From: Eledone cirrhosa
Lineage: Eukaryota
Assembly: GCA_964016885.1 (NCBI GenBank)
Contig: OZ024743.1
Span: 148,366,001-148,430,000 of the forward strand
Direction: 5' to 3'
DNA: 64,000 bases
This document shows positions 55,521-64,000 of this stretch, piece by piece. Within the stretch, counting starts at the first letter, position 1; every line of letters starts with the position of its first letter. The position numbers and the translations under genes were made by a program. The notes beneath the pieces were generated by a model. It saw nothing but the letters and a program-made list of their open reading frames with translations, did no database searches and was not told where the DNA came from.

Positions 55521-55884
55521 TGTTGTTTCCTTGAGCAAGTCACTTTATTTCACATTGCTCCAGTTTACTCAGCTGTAGAAATGAGATGATAGGACTATGG
55601 ATTCTATCATTCCCTTGCAAAGTGGTCGTGCAGGTGCCACAGCAAAAAAGCACGCAGCCTACACTGTAAAGTGGATGTGTATGCGTCACGGAAAAAAAGC
55701 ACCCAGCACTCACTGTAAATGAGGTTGGTGTTTGGAAGGGCATCCAGCTGTAGAAATCAAGTCAGAATCAGTTCCCGTATGAGCAAGACAACGTCAGCCG
55801 ATCGGACACTGCCCACAACAGTGCAACCCGTCTAACCCATGCTAGCGTGGAAGAACGGACGTAAAACAGTGATGATGATGATGA

Positions 55885-55888
<4 letters not shown>
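55516..55888 (+). mobile_element. 5'-truncated RTE-tailed SINE
   Basis: CORE-like body and (GAT)n tail. Confidence 0.85.
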
Positions 55889-55923
<35 letters not shown>

Positions 55924-55929
<6 letters not shown>

Positions 55930-56436
55930 TTAAAGAAAGAAAAGTAACATGGTTGGCTGTACAACAAGGGCTTTATTTCAAGTACTGACAATTGTTTCGT
56001 TGATCAGGTGTGTCTAGATTTCGCTAATCGCTTGAGGTTGCGTCAATCGATCTCCAATACATTGTTAACCACTTATCAACACATCAGAGCACATAGATAT
56101 GAAAATAACTCACTCGAGGCAAGACTTATATAAGTCTTGCCTCGAGTGAATTATTTTCATATCAAGCGATTAGCGAACTCTAAACACACCTGATCAACGA
56201 AACAATTGTCAGTACTTTAAATAAAACCCTTATTGTACAGCCTACCATGTTACTCTTCTTTCTTTAACTTTTATTACTCCAAATATTACCTGCATAGTAA
56301 TTACCGTGAACTCGCTGTATAACTATGGAAACATCTTGTTGAGTCAAACAAAGCCGTACGTTAAAACCATCCACAACGTAGACTACTATAACCGGATTAC
56401 CTCTAACTGGATTACCTATAACGATAACTTGTTATC

Positions 56437-56440
<4 letters not shown>
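55924..56440 (+). mobile_element. Penelope-type pLTR with large foldback (55924-56273, centre TA at 56129-56130)
   Basis: Centre 'ctcgaggcaagacttatataagtcttgcctcgag'; the left arm holds a near-complete hammerhead on minus. Confidence 0.8.
55982..56092 (-). ncRNA. Hammerhead with 82-nt helix II and one core change
   Basis: Minus strand: GTGCT-CTGATGT-GTTGAT..ATCAAC-GAAA-CAATTG-TC-AGTAC. Confidence 0.65.
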
Positions 56441-56535
<95 letters not shown>

Positions 56536-56838
56536 TCAATAACCACCACAAGTGCTAATTATATGCAATTTAGTATTATTCTGAAACGGACATAGTAAGA
56601 GTGAATGGATATATATATATAACCAACAAATACATGTTTCCTTGTGGTTGACTGGAAGACATACATGCCTTCTGATAAAGGTACAATTAGATTCAAAAAT
56701 TGATTAAAAGATGTTTATCATTCTTTCAATTGACATGGAAATTCATATTTTCTGGCAAGTTTACATGCCTACATATCAGATATATGTATATATTTATACA
56801 CGTTGGTGCAGCCTCAGTTACACATTGGCAGTTACACT

Positions 56839-56880
<42 letters not shown>

Positions 56881-56883
56881 GTA

Positions 56884-57010
56884 TATCATCATCATCATTT
56901 TACATCCGCTTTTCGCTGCTTGCAAGGGTGAGACAGGTCCTATTCAGCACAGCATCTCTCCACTTGTCACGGTCCTTGTTTTCAGCTATCTGAGGTCTGC
57001 TCTCACCACC
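56884..57010 (-). mobile_element. RTE 3'-terminal fragment
   Basis: Reverse complement of about 59915-60057, with a deletion. Confidence 0.85.
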
Positions 57011-57229
57011 AAGAATTCTTATCTGAAAACGTCTGTTGAAACAGATATTGTTATACTTCGAGAGGGTCATGTTGCCAATAAAAACACATGCACCTGTTGG
57101 TTTTCATTGCAATTTATTATAAATTTCCAGTTGGTTGGTTGAATAACCGGATGGTTGTTAATATATTGTCAAAGCTCTTTCGTCACATATTCTGTGACCT
57201 CCTCAGTGACTAGGTTTTTATTTTTTGTA

Positions 57230-58020
57230 GCACCGGCACAGACCAGGAGAGTTAAGGCGAAACAGATATCGGATGCTGAATTTGCCGACGACATAGTTTT
57301 AGTGACAAATACAGTGAAGGCAGCAGAGGATTTGATGCAGGAGGTTAAGACTGTGTCGATGAGTGTGTTGCTGAGAATGAATGAGACTAAAACAAAATAT
57401 TTGGTAGAGAATGTTGAGAAGCCAGAGGGGATTAATAATGTAGGCGGGAAGCCGCTAGAATTGGTTGAGGACTTCCTGTATTTGGGAGCAAAGATTGGGA
57501 ATATGGAAGATGATGTGGTTGAGAGGAAGAGCAAAGCGTGGGTGGCGTGCCACAGCTTGAGATCGGTGTGGAAGTCAGACCTTCGTAAAGACTTGAAAAT
57601 CCGCCTCTTTATTGCTGTAGTGGAGTCTGTGCTGCTGTACAGGTATGAGACTTGGACACTGACCAAGAAACTCACTCAGATGGTGGATGGGTGCTACACG
57701 AGAATGCTGAGGATGGCTCTGAGCATTAATCAGTATACACTGAGGATGAAAAACTTAGAGCTGTATGGGAGCCTCCCAAAAGTCAGCTCAAAAGTGATAC
57801 AGAGGAGACTGAGGTTAGCTGGACATGCTCACCGATATCCAGAGTTGACATTGGACTCAGTGCTCCTGTGGGACACACTGGAAGAGGAAGACGAAGGTTA
57901 ACGTATGTTGATGCCCTAAGGAGAGACACTGGTCTGTTGGAGACGCAGGACATAGCAGCGATAATAAGGGACAGAGACCGCTGGAGAGAATTCGTCCATG
58001 GATCTCGGGAATTTTACCAA
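57230..58020 (+). mobile_element. A different RTE-group LINE RT fragment, without the PHD insert
   Basis: DAEFADD, MNETKTKY, DFLYLG, VESVLLY.YETW, RRLRLAGH. Confidence 0.9.
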
Positions 58021-58082
58021 CCTTAGATATACATATGTGTGTATATATATATAAAAAGGGTGGGAGTAGGGAAGAATATATA

Positions 58083-60057
58083 GCCACTAAGAGAGAAGCT
58101 AGACGTCAGGTGTACTTAGCACGCAGGTAGGGAGAGAGTAGGGGGTTTACCAATGTTCTGCGACGGGAAGATCAGAGACGTGCAGTGTTCCACATTGCAA
58201 CGCAGTTTGTCAATGCAAATCAGGATGTTGTTGGAGATAAATGTGTCCGGGATGATGCCGGTGTACTTAGAATCACGAATGATCAGAAAAAGGAGGCCTG
58301 GAAATGCCATTATGAGAGACTGGTGAATGTGGAGAACGAATGGGAGAGAGAGGAATTACCCCAGTAGATCCAACTGAGGGACCAGTTATTGAGATTGACG
58401 AATATAGGGTCCAAGAGGCGATTAAGGAAATGAAAAATGGTAAGGCTGCTGGATTATCAGGAATAGTTGCTGAGATGCTGAAGGCATCAGGGGACGTAGG
58501 CACTAAACTTGTTAAACGCATCATCAATCAGGCTATATATGGCGGTGTCATACCCAAAGACTGGTGCAGCAGTATTCTCAGAAATTGCTACAAAGGTAAA
58601 GGGATGCTCTGGAGAGGACCAATTATAGGGGTATAAAACTGATGGATCAGGTTATGAAAGTGGCAGAAAGGATATTAGCACAACTAATTAGAGAAAGGGT
58701 CAAACTAGATGAGATGCAGTTTGGTTTTGTGCCTGGGAAGAGTACAACAGATGCCCTCTTCTTAGTGAGACAACTACAATAGAGGTTCTTAGAGAAGAAT
58801 AAGCCACTATACTTAGCTTCTGTTGACCTAGAGAAGGCCTTTGATAGGGTACCCGATCTGTCATCTGGTGGTCCCTAAGGAAACTAGGTGTTGAGGAATG
58901 GCTTGTGAGGACATTGCAAACTTTGTACAGAAGTACTCTCAGTAACGTCAGGGTATGAAGAGTTTAGTGAGGAATTCCAGATACAAGTAGGAGTACATCA
59001 AGGTTCGGTCCTCAGCCCGCTCTTGTTCATTATAGTCCTCCAAGCCATAACAGAGGAGTTTAAGACTGGCTGTCCATGGGATCTTCTCTATGCTGACGAT
59101 CTGGTTCTTATAGCAGAATCAGTAGAGGAACTAGAGAATAAATTCTGGCTATGGAAACAGCAGTTGGAAGCAAGAGGATTCAGAGTGAACCTAGCTAAGA
59201 CAAAAGTGTTGATGAGTAGAAAAAAGGACAAAACCCTGATTCCGTCAGGGAAATGGCCATGTTCGATATGCAGAAAAGGAACTGGCATAAATTCTATAAA
59301 ATGCACACAATGCAGACCCTGGGTACACAAGAGATGTAGCGGGATAGCAGGCAAACTAACAGGTAGGGAGAAATATGTATGTACAGGGAAATTAGACAGT
59401 AGAAGTCGCGTTGATAGACACATTTTTCAAATGCAGGAGGGCGCTATAGAAGTGGTGGATAGTTTCCGGTACCTAGGAGATCAGATTAGCATGGGAGGAG
59501 TGTGTTCCGAGGCCATAGTATCTAGAATAAGGATGGGTTGGAAAAAGTTTAGGGAGCTGCTTCCTCTGCTGACGAGGAAGTATTTCTCCCTGCGTACGAA
59601 AGGCCGGTTGTATGATGCCTGTGTGTGGAGCACGATGCTGCATAGTAGTGAAACATGGGCAGCAACTGCAGAGGATATGCGATGGCTGGAGAGAAATGAG
59701 ACAAGCATGCTCCGTTGGATGTGCAGTGTAAATGTGCGTGATTGTGTTGAGAGAGAAACTGTGTCTGAGAGGGATAGAATGTAGTATACGGGAGAGGAGA
59801 CTGAGGTGGTATGGAGATGTGATGTGCATGGAGGATGACCGATGTTTGAAGAAGTGCCAGGAAATGCCAGTTGAAGGAAGACGTGGTAGAGGTAGACCAC
59901 GAAAAACATGGGCGGAGGTGGTGAGAACAGACGTCAGATCGTTGAAGCTCACGTTGGAGATGACGAAGGACCGTGACGAGTGGAGAGATGCTGTGCTGAA
60001 TAAGACCTGTCCCACCCTTGCAAGCAGGGAAAAGCGGACGTAAAATGATGATGATGA
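58083..60057 (+). mobile_element. RTE LINE, 5'-truncated, with frameshifted RT
   Basis: MKNGKAAG, MQFGFVPGKSTTDA, VDLEKAFDRVP, LLYADD, PHD-like motif, FRYLG, RRLRWYG; (GAT)n tail. Confidence 0.95.
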
Positions 60058-60496
60058 TAGATATATATATATGAATGTATATATAGTGTATTTTGCAATA
60101 CACTGTATGCTTAATTAAAAGCATTTTGAAAACCTTACGCTATTGTTTTAAAGTAGTGACTATGTCACTTATTTCTTCTTTCAACAATTTATATATATAA
60201 ATATATATATTACTTCAAAATATTAATAAATATAGACATTTATATGATCAAATATATTTTATTATACATAACCTTGATGGTTATAATTCAGTCAAGGCAG
60301 TCATGGATTTTAGTCTTCAATTTTATTATTATTACTATATATATATATATATAGCTAGATAAATATACACGGGTGTGTATGAGTGTGTATAGAAGATTAT
60401 ATTAATAAAAGGAATTCCAACATTGTCTGATTTACTCGTTTTATTTACAATCCCTTAAAATTTATAATGGTATTAGAATGAAATAGTATGGTGATA

Positions 60497-60553
<57 letters not shown>

Positions 60554-60585
60554 CATCCTTCTCTTGATGCTTACCTGTGTTTTCT

Positions 60586-60635
<50 letters not shown>

Positions 60636-60764
60636 TCTATATATATAGAGAGAGAGATATATGTATATATATATAAATATTTATATATATATAACGGCGA
60701 TGAATTAGTTTTGCGTGGTTTTTTATATGAAATCGTGTGTCGAAACAACGGATGAAAAAACGGT

Positions 60765-60974
60765 TCAGTACTATACGAACATGCCAGACAACAACACGAC
60801 GGTAACATAGACAACATAGAAATTAGAATAATATCTAAACATAGAAATGACCCAGCAGATAGGCAAATCAGAGAGGCCAGTGAAATAGAACTTAGAAGGC
60901 CAAGACTAAACAGAAAGAATGAATGGTATAACAACAACACCCAAACAAACAACACTGACCTAAGAGAAGTATAA
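60765..60974 (+). pseudogene. Penelope GIY-YIG endonuclease C-terminal remnant
   Basis: SVLYEHARQQHDGNIDNIEIRIISKHRNDPADRQIREASEIELRRPRLNRKNEW matches the PLE pattern 'S.L..H....H...R.I.EA..I....P.LN.K.EW'. Confidence 0.85.
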
Positions 60975-61236
60975 ATAAATAAATAAATAGATAATTAAAT
61001 AAATAAATAAATACATACACAAGCACAATAACAACAAACATATAAACACACACTAGTAAACATAGAATACATTAACCAATACACAGTCACCCAATCACAA
61101 ACACACATCAAACAAAACACTATACACACACGCAAACGCATGCGAAAAGAAGACAAAATAAGATAAACAAATAAATAAATATATAAACCGACTAAATAAA
61201 GATAGCGTAGAAAATACAATGTAACGGGAGGAAACA

Positions 61237-61290
61237 ATAGCACCACTGACGATGTTGCAGATGTCCAACGAAAGAACTTTGATGAACTAT
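61237..61290 (+). ncRNA. Minimal hammerhead in the Penelope pLTR
   Basis: ATAGCACCA-CTGACGA-T-GTTG..CAAC-GAAA-GAAC-TT-TGATGAACTAT. Confidence 0.75.
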
Positions 61291-61552
61291 ATATATGTGT
61301 TTGTGTCTATATTGTATCTGTATTATTTTTGACCGTTGGTCAGTCAATGGCAACATCGAGGACCGAATAAATTAGATTACCGATATAAAAGACACAGAAG
61401 CGAAAAGCGAAAACCAACCAAACAGTGAGTGTGTTCTGTTATTAATTCTGGTAATATTACACAAATATGACCCTCCCCAAGTATAAATATATATATAGAT
61501 ATAGATATATCTATAATATAAGATCAAAAGATGGTTAAAGGAGTTCCATATA

Positions 61553-61619
61553 TTTTATTATGCGCATTTCAAAAACAAACATCATCAAGCAATAATATTT
61601 GTGTTTTCATCAGATAAAA
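61553..61619 (-). ncRNA. Complete minimal hammerhead
   Basis: Minus strand: TTTTAT-CTGATGA-AAACACAAA..TTTGTTTTT-GAAA-TGCGCA-TA-ATAAAA. Confidence 0.8.
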
Positions 61620-61710
61620 CAGGAGAACATGATATGAAGGCTAAAAAACACTTGTGGATAGTGCAGTTTTAAATCAACATATCAATTAGATATATCTATA
61701 TATAGATATA

Positions 61711-61760
<50 letters not shown>

Positions 61761-61763
<3 letters not shown>

Positions 61764-61970
61764 CGAAGGAAATGTGGTAAGGAACCAGGTGGACCATAAC
61801 GCACCAAAGTACTCAATACTTAGGGTAGTAGAGTGGGTAATAGGAACGAGTAGGACCCCGACGGCTGAGCTCAAGCCGTTTCGACGGCTAATTCTGGACT
61901 AAATCATTTAGTCCAGAATTAGCCGTCGAAACGGCTTGAGCTCAGCCGTCGGGGTCCTACTCGTTCCTAT
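61761..61970 (-). mobile_element. Foldback element, 5940 family (perfect arms)
   Basis: Arms 61840-61903 / 61907-61970 around a short loop (taaatcattta). Confidence 0.9.
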
Positions 61971-63452
<1,482 letters not shown>

Positions 63453-63456
<4 letters not shown>

Positions 63457-63827
63457 GTAAAAAATGAAACGAAATTTCATTTCCCACTCTTAGTACGGCT
63501 GTTACTCGTACATACATATATATAGAGAGACGTACAGTAGTATGTATATATATACACATACATACATATATATATATATGTACGTTTGGATTCGCCGAAC
63601 ATTTATTATAATACACCGAGCATTATAATAAATGTTCGGTGAATCCATACGTACATATATATATATGTGTGCATGTATGTATATATATATGTGTGCATGT
63701 ATGTATATATATATATACATACTACTGTACGTCTGTATACATATATGTATGTACGTGTACATACTTATATTTAAGTAACAGCCGTACTAAGAGTGGGAAA
63801 TGAAATTTCGTTTCATTTTTTCCGTTT
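63453..63827. repeat. Large foldback (loop about 63613-63621) upstream of a hammerhead
   Basis: 'aaatgaaacgaaatttcatttcccactcttagtacggctgttact' and its reverse complement at 63774-63818. Confidence 0.9.
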
Positions 63828-63940
63828 ATCGTTGACGATGCACCCGGCCGATTAACCCACGAGATATGAAAATTGAGCTACTCAGCCGTTAATATGCATA
63901 AGGTAACTATATACGTTCAACAATCTGGCAGGAAGGTATA

Positions 63941-63981
63941 CGTTGCTGACGATAGCTAATAACCTTGAAACTAGTCCAGCG
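63941..63981 (+). ncRNA. Minimal hammerhead ribozyme
   Basis: CGTTG-CTGACGA-TAG..CTT-GAAA-CTAG-TC-CAGCG. Confidence 0.8.
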
Positions 63982-64000
63982 TTCCTTTGTCAGTGTTGAA

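Larger units (their letters stand above)
60696..61490 (+). mobile_element. 5'-truncated Penelope-like element: inverted tail piece, GIY-YIG C-terminus, pLTR with hammerhead
   Basis: 60696-60746 also occurs at 62387-62438, contiguous with the inverted pLTR tail; ORF remnant 60765-60974; hammerhead 61237-61290. Confidence 0.85.

Overview
Repeat-saturated, AT-rich eukaryotic DNA, most likely an octopus/cephalopod genome (inferred from dense (TA)n/(CA)n microsatellites, CORE-type and Meta-type tRNA-SINEs, and RTE LINEs with (GAT)n tails). Almost all listed ORFs are microsatellite artefacts. Supportable content: one nearly full-length but gag-deleted, frameshifted CsRn1-clade Gypsy LTR retrotransposon (41185-46550, minus) with a tRNA-Trp primer-binding site; several RTE LINE fragments, most carrying a PHD-type C4HC3 finger inside the RT; a non-autonomous Helitron; piggyBac-like and hAT-like MITEs; SINEs; and possibly the last two exons of a host gene (49284-49680, minus). 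The most striking signal is about 14 type-I hammerhead ribozyme motifs, read by eye, from about a dozen unrelated short element families. They sit in or beside (TA)n tracts. Most have a family-specific palindromic helix III and a helix II of 13-90 nt. One is linked to a Penelope GIY-YIG C-terminus. Many of these elements form foldbacks or circularly permuted repeats, consistent with a diverse, TA-targeted population of Penelope pseudo-LTRs/retrozymes. All calls are manual; no database search or folding program was run.
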